Source: an uncultured delta proteobacterium (GTDB taxonomy: Bacteria; Myxococcota_A; Polyangia; Polyangiales; Polyangiaceae). From it: DNA of 64,000 nt. The translations under genes and the position numbers were made by a program. The stretch's first letter is position 1, and the number at the start of each line of letters is the position of its first letter. A model generated the notes under the pieces. That model ran no database searches. It was not told where the DNA came from and saw only the letters and a list, made by a program, of their open reading frames with translations. The stretch lies in the NCBI GenBank assembly GCA_963841435.1, contig CAWJCS010000005.1:480001-544000 (forward strand), read 5' to 3'. This document shows, piece after piece, positions 1 to 9,829 of the stretch.

Positions 1-245
1 TCCACAGCGGCCTCATGAGGGCGCTCGGCTACGGAAGCCACGCGCAGCGCAACGCCCTCGACATGGTGCTCATCAAGGAAGCCATGAAGACCGAAGTCGT
101 GACGACCTCCGCCGAGACGCTGCTCTCGGACGCCGCGAAGCAGATGCTCGAAAAGAAGATCGGCTGCCTCGTGGTCGTCGAGGGAAAAAAGATCGTCGGC
201 ATCCTCTCGGAAGCCGACTTCGTCAAGCTACACGTGCTCGAGTAG
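1..245 (+). CDS. CBS-domain protein (probably 5'-truncated by the window edge)
   Basis: MKTEVVTT..AAKQMLEKKIGCLVVVEGKKIVGILSEADF is a CBS repeat; frame is open to the window start. Confidence 0.8.
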   Translation, partial: HSGLMRALGYGSHAQRNALDMVLIKEAMKTEVVTTSAETLLSDAAKQMLEKKIGCLVVVEGKKIVGILSEADFVKLHVLE

Positions 246-305
246 AGCGCGACTGGACGTGCTCTCGGGGAACCGCCGCCGGACTCGCAGCGGCCCCTCC
301 GCGCT

Positions 306-731
306 TCACGCCGCTTGCCGGACGAGGCGTTCGAGGGCGGCCTTGCCCATGGCACCGGTACCCTGAACCGCCGGGCGACCCGCCTTGAACACGACGAAGT
401 GCGGAATGCCTCGCACCCCGTAGCGCGCGGCGAGGGCCTGGTTCCGATCGGTATCGACCTTGAGGACGACGGCGCGCCCCGCCCATTCGGACGCGAGCTT
501 CTCGACCTCGGGAGCGACCATGCGGCAGGGCCCACACCACGGGGCCCAGAAATCGACCAACACGGGCACTTTCGCCTCGCTCACCACGCGGTCGAACGCC
601 TCGGTGTCGACCGCGAGCGGCTCCGCGACCGGCGGAAGACCCCCCTTGCAGGCGCCGCAGCGCCCCTGGTCCGCGAGGTGTCGCGCAGGAACGCGGTTCT
701 CACGTCCACAGCTCGGGCAGGTCCTGACCAT
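306..731 (-). CDS. trxC: Thioredoxin 2 (N-terminal Zn ribbon)
   Basis: CPSC..CGAC zinc ribbon followed by VDFWAPWCGPC active site. Confidence 0.9.
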   Translation of the reverse strand: MVRTCPSCGRENRVPARHLADQGRCGACKGGLPPVAEPLAVDTEAFDRVVSEAKVPVLVDFWAPWCGPCRMVAPEVEKLASEWAGRAVVLKVDTDRNQALAARYGVRGIPHFVVFKAGRPAVQGTGAMGKAALERLVRQAA

Positions 732-791
732 CCCATCAAGGTGTGCACCCTCTCCGCGCCGTCAAGGGGGCGAGCAGGTGCGGCGTCGAGA

Positions 792-1190
792 CTACTGACT
801 CAGGAGCTCGGCGAGCGTTTCGAGCGCGTCCGTCGTCGTGAAAACGCCCACGACCTTCGTGCCATCGACGACCACGGCGGACCCGAGCTTTCGCGACGCC
901 ATCTCGACGACGACCTCCTTGAGCGAGGTCTTCGGCCCGACGGCGTAGACGTCCTGACTCATGGCGTCTTCGACGCGCACGCGCTCGGGGTCCACGTCGG
1001 GGAGCGTCTCGACGAGGTAGAGGTCGCGCACCGACAGGAGGCCGCTCAGCTTGCCACCGTGCAGCACGGGAAGGTGCCGGATCTGGTGCTCGCGCATCAG
1101 GTCATGGGCCGCCCTCATCGACTGCTCTGCACCGATGAGGTGCGGTGTCTTGGTCATGCGGTCGGCGATCGTGAAATCCTTGTGTGTCAT
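792..1190 (-). CDS. CBS-domain protein (tandem pair)
   Basis: MREHQIRHLPVL..GLLSVRDL and MSQDV..LGSAVVVD..GVFTTTDAL. Confidence 0.85.
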   Translation of the reverse strand: MTHKDFTIADRMTKTPHLIGAEQSMRAAHDLMREHQIRHLPVLHGGKLSGLLSVRDLYLVETLPDVDPERVRVEDAMSQDVYAVGPKTSLKEVVVEMASRKLGSAVVVDGTKVVGVFTTTDALETLAELLSQ

Positions 1191-1372
1191 GGTCGGTTCT
1201 CCTGGTTCTTGGTGATCGAGGAGCCTTCCGCGGGCTCGTCGTCGCAGAGCAAGCGGACGGCGGGAGTTTCGAGGTCGTCGAATTGGCCCGAGCGCGTAGC
1301 CCAGACGAACGCGAGCGCGGCGAGCGCGGAGAGCGCCACTGCCAGGGGGAGCACGACGAACAGCACGGTCAT
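1187..1372 (-). CDS. ccoS: cbb3-type oxidase maturation protein CcoS/FixS
   Basis: 61 aa, one TM helix then FVWATRSGQFDDLETPAVRLL; last cco operon gene; 4-nt overlaps with neighbours. Confidence 0.9.
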   Translation of the reverse strand: MTVLFVVLPLAVALSALAALAFVWATRSGQFDDLETPAVRLLCDDEPAEGSSITKNQENRP

Positions 1373-3834
1373 GAGGGGCTTGCCTCCGTTCGGAAGGTGC
1401 GGGCCTCGAGCGCGAGCGTCACCACCGTGATCGAGGAGAGCGGCATGAGCACGGCGGCGAGAAGCGGTGAGACCCAGCCGAGCATCGAGAGTCCGACGCC
1501 CACGAGGTTGTAGAGGAGCGAGAACAGAATGCCGCGGCGGATCACGCCGAGCGTGCGGCGAGCGCCGACCACCGCCCCAAGCACGCTCGCGACACCGGGC
1601 CGCGTGGTAAATCCGTCGGCGGCGGCGAGACTCGCTTCGGCGCCCCCGTGCACGGCGAGCGACACGTCGGCGGCGACCATGGCGGCAGCGTCGTTGACGC
1701 CGTCACCCACCATGACGACGGGCCCGCTGCGCCTGCGCCGCTCGACCCAGGCGAGCTTGTCCTCCGGGCTCATGCCGCCCCGCGCCTCGGAAAGCTCGCC
1801 GAGCTCGGCGGCGATCGTAGCGACGACGGCGGGGCGATCACCCGAGAGGACGCAAAGCTCGTAACCGAGCGCGCGAAGCGCACGGAGCGAGGCGCGTGCG
1901 TCGGCACGCAGCGGATCGTGAAAAGCGACGACGGCACGAACCTCGCCGTCAACCGAGGCGACGACCCCGGGGCGACCGAGCTTTGCCTGGCGCGCGAGCG
2001 TGACGGCGAAGGCGGGTGGAAGCGGGCGTGCCCCCGCGACGAAGGCCGGCGACCCGATGCGCACGTCGCGTCCGGCGACGCGCGCGGCGACACCTCCGCC
2101 GGGAACCTCCTCGACGTGGTCGGCGCGCAGGGCCGGCTCGCCTGCGAGCGCGGCCGCGAGCGCGCGCCCCATGGGATGCGACGCGCGCTCCTCGGCGGCT
2201 CGGAGGTACGGGCGCACCTCGGCGTCGCCCACGAAGGCCGCGACCGATAGCGCCCCCTCGGTGAGGGTGCCGGTCTTGTCGAACGCGATCACGGCCGGCT
2301 CGGCGAGCTTTTCGAGGAACTCACCGCCCTTGAAGAACAGCCCCGAGCGCGCCGCGCGCTTGAGCGCCGCGCTCACCGCGAGGGGCGTCGCCATGCCGAG
2401 CGCGCAGGGGCACGTCACCACCAGGAGCGCCACGGCATTGTCGAGCGCACGCGTGGAGTCGATGAACGTCCAGATGACGTACGTGAGCGCGCCAAGGCCG
2501 AGCACGGCGCTCACGAAGACGCCCGCGATGCGATCGGCAAGACGCACGATGGGCGCGCGGCGCTGCGCTGCGGTCTCGACGCTCTGCATCAGGCGGCCGA
2601 GGCGCGTTTCGGACCCGACCGTCTCGACGCGCACGCGAAGCGGCGCACCGACATTTTCGGTGCCCGCGTAAACGCGGGCTCCTGGCGACACCTCGACGGG
2701 CAGCGATTCGCCGGTGAGCCACGAGGCGTCGATGCTCGAGCTACCCTCGACGACGATGCCGTCGGCGGGCAGGCGCGCGCCCGCAGCCACCTGGACGAGG
2801 TCGCCGCGCTCGAGCGCGTCGGCGACGACCTCCAAGAGCGCGTCGCCGTCGACGCGCTGGGCCGTCGCGGGCGCGAGCGCCGCCATGAGCTCGAGGGTCA
2901 CGGTGGCGCCCCGATGGTGGCGCTGCTGCAGCCAGCGCCCCACGAGCAGGAGGAAGATCAGCACCGTGATCGAGTCGAAGTAAACCTCGCCGCTCGCCGT
3001 CACCGTATTCCAGGCGCTGCGCGAGAAACCCGCGAGGATGCCGAGCGCGACCGGCAGATCCATGTGCGGCGTGCGGGTTCTGACGGCGGCCCAGGCGCCG
3101 CGCAGGAACACGGACCCCGCGTAGAACACGGCCGGAATCGACAACACGAGGCTGCCCCAGCGAAACAGGGCGCGGTACTCGGCGTCGGCACTCGCGCCGC
3201 TGTAGAGGGCAAGCGCCATGAGCATCACGTTGCCCGCGATGGCTCCCGCCACGCCGAGCCGGACGAGAAGTGCGCGGTCGCGTTTTTGGTCGCCGCTGCG
3301 TTGCGCGATGACGCTCGGATGCGGCGGGTAGCCGAGCCGGTCGAGGGCACGTGCCACGGCGCTCGGCTTCGCGCGCTCGGGGTCGAACGTCACCGTGAGA
3401 GCGGCCCTGCCGAGGTCGAGCCGGGCCTCCTTGACGCCCGGCAAGACGCGCGGCAGCCGCTCGACGAGCCACAGACAGGCGCTGCAGTGGATGCCTTCGA
3501 GGAAGAGCTCCATGCGCGCGCCGCCGGGGACACTCGAAAGGTGACGCGCCGCGAACGCTGGGTCGTCGTACTCGGCGTAAGCACGGCCGGTACCGCGCGC
3601 GGGCCCGGCTTCTGCGCCCGACTGCGCACGATGGAGGTAGTACGCCCCGAGCCCTGCCTCGTGGATGATGGCGTGAGCGGCCTCGCAGCCCGCGCAGCAA
3701 AATGCGGGCGAGCCCGGCGCTGCCTGGGCGGAGCGTGGCAGCGCATCCCCGCAGTGGGCGCACGTCGGCGCGCCCGTGCCCTCGGCGACGAGCTCCGGCG
3801 AGGGGGCGCGCCCGACGCGCGCCGTCGCCGTCAT
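1369..3834 (-). CDS. ccoI: Cu-translocating P1B ATPase CcoI/FixI
   Basis: CAHC..FCCAGC N-terminal domain, GIHCSAC HMA, TGES, CPC, DKTGT, GDGVND; start taken at MTATARV (3834). Confidence 0.9.
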   Translation of the reverse strand: MTATARVGRAPSPELVAEGTGAPTCAHCGDALPRSAQAAPGSPAFCCAGCEAAHAIIHEAGLGAYYLHRAQSGAEAGPARGTGRAYAEYDDPAFAARHLSSVPGGARMELFLEGIHCSACLWLVERLPRVLPGVKEARLDLGRAALTVTFDPERAKPSAVARALDRLGYPPHPSVIAQRSGDQKRDRALLVRLGVAGAIAGNVMLMALALYSGASADAEYRALFRWGSLVLSIPAVFYAGSVFLRGAWAAVRTRTPHMDLPVALGILAGFSRSAWNTVTASGEVYFDSITVLIFLLLVGRWLQQRHHRGATVTLELMAALAPATAQRVDGDALLEVVADALERGDLVQVAAGARLPADGIVVEGSSSIDASWLTGESLPVEVSPGARVYAGTENVGAPLRVRVETVGSETRLGRLMQSVETAAQRRAPIVRLADRIAGVFVSAVLGLGALTYVIWTFIDSTRALDNAVALLVVTCPCALGMATPLAVSAALKRAARSGLFFKGGEFLEKLAEPAVIAFDKTGTLTEGALSVAAFVGDAEVRPYLRAAEERASHPMGRALAAALAGEPALRADHVEEVPGGGVAARVAGRDVRIGSPAFVAGARPLPPAFAVTLARQAKLGRPGVVASVDGEVRAVVAFHDPLRADARASLRALRALGYELCVLSGDRPAVVATIAAELGELSEARGGMSPEDKLAWVERRRRSGPVVMVGDGVNDAAAMVAADVSLAVHGGAEASLAAADGFTTRPGVASVLGAVVGARRTLGVIRRGILFSLLYNLVGVGLSMLGWVSPLLAAVLMPLSSITVVTLALEARTFRTEASPS

Positions 3835-4646
3835 GGCGCCCTCGTTCCGGAGCTCGAGGCGCCGAGCGGCGCGGTCATGGTCGGGAGCTCGGAGCCTTTT
3901 CGCGGCGTGCCGCAGTAGGCGGCGGGAACGCGAGCCCCCACCGAAGGCACGGTCGGGTGGGTCGTGGCGGCGAAGGCCGGGAGCTGCAGGCGCGTGAACA
4001 GCGTGAGACCGCCGACCAAGAGCACGAGGGCCGAGCGTAGCCGCGGCAACCGGCCGCCGAAGCGACGTGCCGCGAGCCCGAGCGACATGCCCACGCCGAG
4101 CAGCATCGGCAACGTGCCGAGCCAGAACGTGGCCATGAGCAGCACGCCGTCCTTCGCCGAGCCGGTCGCCGCCGAAAGCGCCACGAAGGCGTAGAGCCAG
4201 CCGCACGGCAGGAGCGTCGACGTGAGGCCGAGCAGCGCCGCACGCGTCGTCGCAGCGGTGGAGCCCAAGCGCGCGAGCAGCGCACCGAGCTTGCGCGTGG
4301 GTGACCAGGCCGGGCGCGCGCGCAACCTAACGAGACGCGAGCGCGGCGCCAGCCCCGCCGCACCCGTGACGAGCAGCACGACGCCGGCGACGACACCCGC
4401 CATATCCGCGAGCCCCGCCGCGCGACCGGCGAGATCGAGCGCTCGACCGAGCGCGCCGGAAAGGGCGCCGAGCACGGCGTAGGTGACGAGACGCCCGCCA
4501 TGATACGCGACGTGCGACGCCGCGCGCCGTCCCGGAGCGCTCTCCGTGCCCGAGTACGCAGCGACGAAGCCGCCGCACATCGCCGCGCAGTGCACGCTGC
4601 CGAGCACGCTGGCGACGAGCACGGGGAAAAGCGCGGGACCGTTCAT
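3831..4646 (-). CDS. DsbD_2/TauE-like membrane protein of cco clusters
   Basis: GSVHCAAMCG and LLPCGWLY motifs, multiple TM helices; start MNGPALF (4646). Confidence 0.85.
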   Translation of the reverse strand: MNGPALFPVLVASVLGSVHCAAMCGGFVAAYSGTESAPGRRAASHVAYHGGRLVTYAVLGALSGALGRALDLAGRAAGLADMAGVVAGVVLLVTGAAGLAPRSRLVRLRARPAWSPTRKLGALLARLGSTAATTRAALLGLTSTLLPCGWLYAFVALSAATGSAKDGVLLMATFWLGTLPMLLGVGMSLGLAARRFGGRLPRLRSALVLLVGGLTLFTRLQLPAFAATTHPTVPSVGARVPAAYCGTPRKGSELPTMTAPLGASSSGTRAP

Positions 4647-5158
4647 GGCGCGCTCTTGGGCGGTACGTCCACACGCACCGCTTCGGTGAAACGCTTGCCG
4701 GCATGCTCGACGACGAAGCGCACCTCCCAGAGCCCCGGTCGCGGCGCGGAAAGCCCGGTCCGGTACGCGCCCGAGCCCGCTTCGCGGAAAGCGAGCGCCT
4801 TCACGTCGCTGGCGCGAGCATTGGCGAACGCCTCGGCGCGGACGCTCGCGCCCTTGACGGGCGCACCCCCGCCGTCCACGACGCGCGCGACGACCCCGAA
4901 CGAGTCCCGAGCGGGCTCGAGCGCGACCGCCACGTGCCACCCGAGTCGCGCATTCTCGGCGAGCTGGGCCTGCTCGGTGTCCCAGTGAACGGCGCGCGTG
5001 TAATAGTCGCGCTCGAGGGAAAATCCGGGATCGTGCGTGGCGATCGACGCCATGATCGAGATCCCCACGACGCTCGTCGTGAGCAGGGCCACGGGCACGA
5101 GCATCCAGAAGAGGCCGTTCTTGCCGCCGCGGTGCGCGGGTCGCGAAAGGTCGGTCAC
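4643..5158 (-). CDS. ccoH: FixH/CcoH family protein
   Basis: N-terminal TM, DYY motif, Ig-like C-terminus ending PGLWEV; lies between ccoG and the ccoI unit. Confidence 0.75.
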   Translation of the reverse strand: MTDLSRPAHRGGKNGLFWMLVPVALLTTSVVGISIMASIATHDPGFSLERDYYTRAVHWDTEQAQLAENARLGWHVAVALEPARDSFGVVARVVDGGGAPVKGASVRAEAFANARASDVKALAFREAGSGAYRTGLSAPRPGLWEVRFVVEHAGKRFTEAVRVDVPPKSAP

Positions 5159-6534
5159 GGTGTCCCTCCCGTGGGGCCGAGCAGCCGATAGGGCGTGTCG
5201 ATGTGCGAGCCGTGCTCGTCGGACACACGCACCGTGACTTCGAGGCGACCCGCGGGGAACGCGCTCTTCGGTGCCACCGCGAACACGGCCGTCGTGCGCT
5301 GGGCGCCGGCGCCGACCGGCAGCGGATTCTCCGGCGCGATGAGCTCGACGGTGGGCTTCGAGAAAAGCTCGATGCGGTAGTGCTCGTCGTGATCGGCACG
5401 GTTTTGCACCTTGACGCGAAGCTCACCCGTCACGAGGTCGCCCCGCAGCGTGAACGGCGCGCCGATGCCGCGCAGCACGGTCACCTCCGCAGCGTGGTGC
5501 GTCGAGCCAAACGCGACGAGCGCTCCGAGCAGCACCGCCAGGAGCACCGGGTACACGACGACGCGAAGCCGCAGAATGCGCGTCGCCTCTTGCGTCTCGA
5601 GCTGCTTCTGCGAGCCGTAGCGCACGAGACCACGAGGCTTTTTGATTTTGTCCATGATGGTGTCGCAGGCGTCGACGCACTGCGCACAGGCGATGCACTC
5701 GAGCTGGAGCCCCTCGCGGATGTCGATGCCCGTCGGGCACGCGACGACACAGGCGCCACAGTCGATGCAATCACCGCGCCCGGGTCCCGGCTTGCCCTTG
5801 GCACGTGGCTCACCGCGCAGGCGATCGTAGCCGATGATCAGCGAGCTCTTGTCGAGCAGCACCGACTGCAGGCGCGCGTAGGGGCACACCACCGTGCACA
5901 TCTGCTCGCGGAAGAACGCGAAGTCGAAGAAGACGAGCCCGGTGGTCGCCGCCACGACGAGGAAGGGCGTCCAGTGCTCGAGAGGCGAGAGACGCGCCCA
6001 GGCGAGCAGCCGGTTGACCCCGACGAAGTACGACAAAAAGACGTTGCCGAGCACGAACGCGAGCAGCAAGAACGCGACGTTCTTCGCGACGCGCCGCGGG
6101 CTCAGGCCGGCGCGATCGAGCCTCAGCTGGTCCTCGCGCCGCCCCTCGAACAGGCGCTCGATGGGCCGGAACAAGAACTCCATGTAGACCGTCTGCGGGC
6201 ACGCCCAGCCGCACCAGCCGCGTCCGACGACGGCCGTCAGCCAGAAGATGGCGACGAAGATCGACAGCAGGAGCAGCATCAAGAGCACGCCGTCCGTCGG
6301 CAGAAATGTGCGACCGAAGAGAATGAACTCGCGGTGAGGCAGGTCGAGCAGCATGAGCGGCTTGCCACCGAGCTTCAGCCAGGGGATCGCCGCGAACAGC
6401 CCCATGAGCGCCCACGCCACGATGCGGCGCGCCCTGAGGCGCGGACCTTGGTACAGGCGTGGCCGGATGCGGCGCCGAGTGCCGTCGGCGTTGAGCGTCG
6501 GTAGGACGCGTTCGGGAGCAACGGGTGCGGCCAT
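5155..6534 (-). CDS. ccoG: Cytochrome c oxidase accessory protein CcoG/FixG (4Fe-4S)
   Basis: GRGWCGWACPQTVYME, CPYARLQ, CIDCGACVVACP, CIACAQCVDAC; start MAAPVAP (6534). Confidence 0.92.
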   Translation of the reverse strand: MAAPVAPERVLPTLNADGTRRRIRPRLYQGPRLRARRIVAWALMGLFAAIPWLKLGGKPLMLLDLPHREFILFGRTFLPTDGVLLMLLLLSIFVAIFWLTAVVGRGWCGWACPQTVYMEFLFRPIERLFEGRREDQLRLDRAGLSPRRVAKNVAFLLLAFVLGNVFLSYFVGVNRLLAWARLSPLEHWTPFLVVAATTGLVFFDFAFFREQMCTVVCPYARLQSVLLDKSSLIIGYDRLRGEPRAKGKPGPGRGDCIDCGACVVACPTGIDIREGLQLECIACAQCVDACDTIMDKIKKPRGLVRYGSQKQLETQEATRILRLRVVVYPVLLAVLLGALVAFGSTHHAAEVTVLRGIGAPFTLRGDLVTGELRVKVQNRADHDEHYRIELFSKPTVELIAPENPLPVGAGAQRTTAVFAVAPKSAFPAGRLEVTVRVSDEHGSHIDTPYRLLGPTGGTP

Positions 6535-6542
6535 GAAGGACC

Positions 6543-7160
6543 TCAGGGCGTGCCCGTGACGAGCGTGCCCTCGGGCGCCTTGCCGGGCTGATTTTGACCG
6601 CGCAGCGAGCCCACGAAGCCGGCGAGCTCCCGGAGCTCGATGCTCGAAAGCTGCATCTTCCACGGCGGCATTCCCTTTTCGGGGACGCCCTCGCTCACGG
6701 TGTGAAAGATGTCCATGAGCGTGCCCGTGCCGTGAATCCAGTAGCCGTCAGTGAGGTTCGGCCCGATCGCACCCTGACCACGCTCGCCGTGACACGGCGT
6801 GCAGCGCAGCAAGAAGAGCTTGTGGGCGTCGCCCATCAGCGCCGTGTCGGCCATCAGCTTCGCGAGCGCCTCCTCGCTCACCTTCTCACCGAGCGAACGC
6901 TTTGCCTGCTCCGCGCGAGCCTCGGCCATGTCCTTCTCGTAGGCCTCGGCGACCGAAACGCCGTTGCCCGAAAGGTGGAAATGAAACACGTAGCCGAGGG
7001 CGAAGAAGAACGTCCCCCAGAAGATCAGCACCCACCAGCCGGGCAAGGGATTGTCGAACTCCCGGATGCCGTCGTACTCGTGGTCCAACAGCTGCTCGGC
7101 CTTTTGTTTTGTGTCGCGGGCGCCCTCGGAGGGCGTGTCGTCGGTCGTAGGGTCGGACAT
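6543..7160 (-). CDS. ccoP: cbb3 oxidase subunit III CcoP (monoheme)
   Basis: HEYDGIREFDNPLPGWW N-terminal signature; single CTPCH; GPNLTD..W; GMPPW. Confidence 0.9.
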   Translation of the reverse strand: MSDPTTDDTPSEGARDTKQKAEQLLDHEYDGIREFDNPLPGWWVLIFWGTFFFALGYVFHFHLSGNGVSVAEAYEKDMAEARAEQAKRSLGEKVSEEALAKLMADTALMGDAHKLFLLRCTPCHGERGQGAIGPNLTDGYWIHGTGTLMDIFHTVSEGVPEKGMPPWKMQLSSIELRELAGFVGSLRGQNQPGKAPEGTLVTGTP

Positions 7161-7162
7161 CG

Positions 7163-7354
7163 TCACTCCTTCGGGGTGCTTTCGGGCTCGGGCGAGGCGC
7201 CGTCGTCGAGCGGCAGGAAGCGCAGCGCCTCGAGCCGGCTCCCGCCGAGCCACACGTAGAGGCCCACGCCGGCGAACACGGCGAAAAAAATCAAAAGGGC
7301 AATCTGGGCATAGGTGGCAAGGCCCATGCCCGACATGAGGTCACTGAGCTTCAT
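7163..7354 (-). CDS. ccoQ: cbb3 oxidase subunit CcoQ
   Basis: 63 aa, one TM, C-terminal LPLDD; located between ccoO and ccoP. Confidence 0.8.
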   Translation of the reverse strand: MKLSDLMSGMGLATYAQIALLIFFAVFAGVGLYVWLGGSRLEALRFLPLDDGASPEPESTPKE

Positions 7355-9624
7355 CGGTCGTCTCCCGTGGTGTTGACGCGCGCCAGAGTGCCCGGCGTCG
7401 CGTCGGCTTTTGCCTGGGCGGGCGCGGCCGGTGATGCCGGCGGCATCTTCTTGATGTCGGTACCGAGGCGCTGCAGGTAGGCGACGAGCGCGATGATTTT
7501 CTTGTTTTCGAGCCCGCTCGGTCCGCCCTGCTTCACTACCTCAGCGCCCATCTCGCGAGCCTGAGCGCGAGCCTGCGCTTCGGCGTGCAACACCGAATCG
7601 CCGTACGGGACGCCCAACATGGCCATGGCGTCGACGCTCTTCTGAATGCGATCGAACTCGAGGTCGTCGCGTAGGAGCCAGGCGTACGCCGGCATGATCG
7701 ACTGCGGCGTGATGGCGCGCGGGTCTTCCATGTGCCGCACGTGCCAGAGGTGCGGGTACTTCCCGCCCACGCGGTGAAGATCGGGCCCGATGCGGCGCGA
7801 CCCCCACTGAAACGGATGGTCGTAGACGAACTCACCGGGCTTCGAATACTCGCCGTAGCGCTCCGTTTCGGCGCGAATCGGCCGAATCATCTGCGAGTGG
7901 CAATTGTAACAACCCTCGGCAACGTAGATGTCACGCCCCGCGAGCTCGAGCGGCGTGTAGGGCGTGACGGAGGCAATCGTCGGCACGTTCGAGCGAATCA
8001 AGAACGTCGGCAGGATCTCGAACAGCGACGCCGTCGCGACCGCAACCACCACCCACACCGTGAGCGTCAGCGGACGCCGCTCCCACATGCGGTGCCAGGT
8101 GGCCTCCGCGAAGTAGCGGAGCTTGTGGCCCGTATCCGCCATCATCGTATGGCGCGGGATGACGAGCTGCGGTTCCGGGCCAGTGTACGGCCCGAGCGCC
8201 GGCGCCGTCTCCACCGGTTCCGCGTAGGTCGCGGGACGGCCGCGGGAGGTCATGAAGATGTTCACGCCCGCGAGCACGGTGCCGAGCATGAACAGCGACC
8301 CGCCGAGCGCGCGCACCCAGTACATCGGGATGATGCGCACCACCGTCTCGACGAAGTCGGGGTACGCGAGGCGGCCCGTTTCGTCGAAAGCGCGCCACAT
8401 CAGGCCCTGCGTGACCCCCGCCGTGTACATCGACACGATGTAGAGCAGGATGCCGATGGTCCCGATCCAGAAGTGCGCCTCGGCGAGCTTCTTCGACCAG
8501 AGCTTCGCCTGGAAGACTCGCGGCGCAAGCCAGTACAGCATGCCGAACGTCATGAAGCCGTTCCAGCCGAGCGCGCCGCTGTGAACGTGGGCAATCGTCC
8601 AGTCGGTGTAGTGCGAAAGTGCGTTGACGCTCTTCACGGATAGCATCGGCCCCTCGAAGGTCGACATGCCGTAGAACGTCACGCCCACCACGAAGAACTT
8701 GAGCACCGGATCTTCGGACACGCGGTTCCACGCGCCGCGCAGCGTGAGCAGCCCGTTCAGCATGCCGCCCCACGACGGCATCCAGAGCATCACGCTGAAC
8801 ACCATGCCGAGCGTCGAGGCCCACTCCGGCAGCGCCGTGTAGTGGAGGTGGTGCGGCCCCGCCCAGATATAGAGAAAGACGAGCGACCAAAAGTGCAGAA
8901 TCGAGAGCCGGTAGGAGAACACCGGACGATTCGCCGCCTTCGGCAAAAAGTAGTACATCAGGCCGAGAAACGGCGTCGTCAGGAAGAAGGCGACGGCGTT
9001 GTGGCCGTACCACCACTGCATGAACGCGTCCTGAACGCCGGCGTAGATGCCGTAGCTCTTGAAAGCGCTCACGGGCAGCACCAGATTGTTGAAGATGTGC
9101 AGGATCGCCACCGTGATGATGGTGGCGATGTAAAACCAGATCGCGACGTACAGGTGCCGCTCTCGGCGGCGCGCGATCGTGCCGAAGAAGTTGATGGCGA
9201 ACGCCACCCACACGACGGCGATCGCGATGTCGATCGGCCACTCGAGCTCCGCGTATTCCTTGCTCTGGGTGATGCCGAACGGCAGCGTCAGAGCCGCCGA
9301 GACGATGATGGCTTGCCAGCCCCAGAAGTGGAAATTGCTGAGCTTGTCGCTGAACAGTCGTGCCTTCAGAAGCCGCTGGCTCGAGTAGTAGACGGCGGCG
9401 AAGACGGCGTTGCCGGCGAAGGCGAAGATGGCTGCGTTGGTGTGCAGGGGCCTGAGCCGTCCGAACGTGAGCTCCGGGCGGCCGAAGCTGAGCTCGGGCT
9501 TGACCAGCATCACGGCGAGGAACAGGCCAACGAGCGTCGCCACGATTCCCCAGAGCACCGTCGCGAACACGAATCGGCGCACGATCGCGTCGTCGTACTT
9601 GAAAGTTTCATTTTGCTCGGACAT
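7351..9624 (-). CDS. ccoN: cbb3 oxidase fused subunit I/II CcoNO
   Basis: FGRLRPLHTN, WWYGHNAV, GPHHL, HVHSGALGW (CcoN) in frame with EGCYNCHSQMIRP, WGSRRIGPDL (CcoO); start MSEQNETF (9624). Confidence 0.95.
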   Translation of the reverse strand: MSEQNETFKYDDAIVRRFVFATVLWGIVATLVGLFLAVMLVKPELSFGRPELTFGRLRPLHTNAAIFAFAGNAVFAAVYYSSQRLLKARLFSDKLSNFHFWGWQAIIVSAALTLPFGITQSKEYAELEWPIDIAIAVVWVAFAINFFGTIARRRERHLYVAIWFYIATIITVAILHIFNNLVLPVSAFKSYGIYAGVQDAFMQWWYGHNAVAFFLTTPFLGLMYYFLPKAANRPVFSYRLSILHFWSLVFLYIWAGPHHLHYTALPEWASTLGMVFSVMLWMPSWGGMLNGLLTLRGAWNRVSEDPVLKFFVVGVTFYGMSTFEGPMLSVKSVNALSHYTDWTIAHVHSGALGWNGFMTFGMLYWLAPRVFQAKLWSKKLAEAHFWIGTIGILLYIVSMYTAGVTQGLMWRAFDETGRLAYPDFVETVVRIIPMYWVRALGGSLFMLGTVLAGVNIFMTSRGRPATYAEPVETAPALGPYTGPEPQLVIPRHTMMADTGHKLRYFAEATWHRMWERRPLTLTVWVVVAVATASLFEILPTFLIRSNVPTIASVTPYTPLELAGRDIYVAEGCYNCHSQMIRPIRAETERYGEYSKPGEFVYDHPFQWGSRRIGPDLHRVGGKYPHLWHVRHMEDPRAITPQSIMPAYAWLLRDDLEFDRIQKSVDAMAMLGVPYGDSVLHAEAQARAQAREMGAEVVKQGGPSGLENKKIIALVAYLQRLGTDIKKMPPASPAAPAQAKADATPGTLARVNTTGDDR

Positions 9625-9639
9625 CTGGGCGCCCCCTAC

Positions 9640-9654
9640 GCAAGCGGCGTGCCG
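9640..9654 (-). promoter_or_regulatory. Putative sigma54 -24/-12 promoter of the cco operon
   Basis: Minus strand reads CGGCACGCCGCTTGC (GG-N10-GC) just upstream of the ccoN ATG. Confidence 0.7.
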
Positions 9655-9715
9655 GGGCTCCAACGCAAGAAACTCACTGGATCCGGCTCGATCCGTTTGG
9701 TCTCGAGCCGAGACG

Positions 9716-9761
9716 ACGCAGTCCTTGCAGGCGGGAGGCGGGCTATGCGCACGTGTTGCGC
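9716..9761. promoter_or_regulatory. Paired palindromic sites (GCGCA-N5-TGCGC type), candidate enhancer
   Basis: ACGCA-GTCCT-TGCAG at 9716 and GCGCA-CGTGT-TGCGC at 9747, 31 bp apart. Confidence 0.55.
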
Positions 9762-9829
9762 GCCTTCGTGTCGGTAAACGATGACGACGCCCGCGCGCCC
9801 TGGCATGTCGGCTACACGTGAAGGATCGC

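Noticed and set aside
9801-9815. TGGCATGTCGGCTAC as a sigma54 promoter for the P-type ATPase
   Set aside because: -24 is good but the -12 GC is replaced by AC; insufficient support
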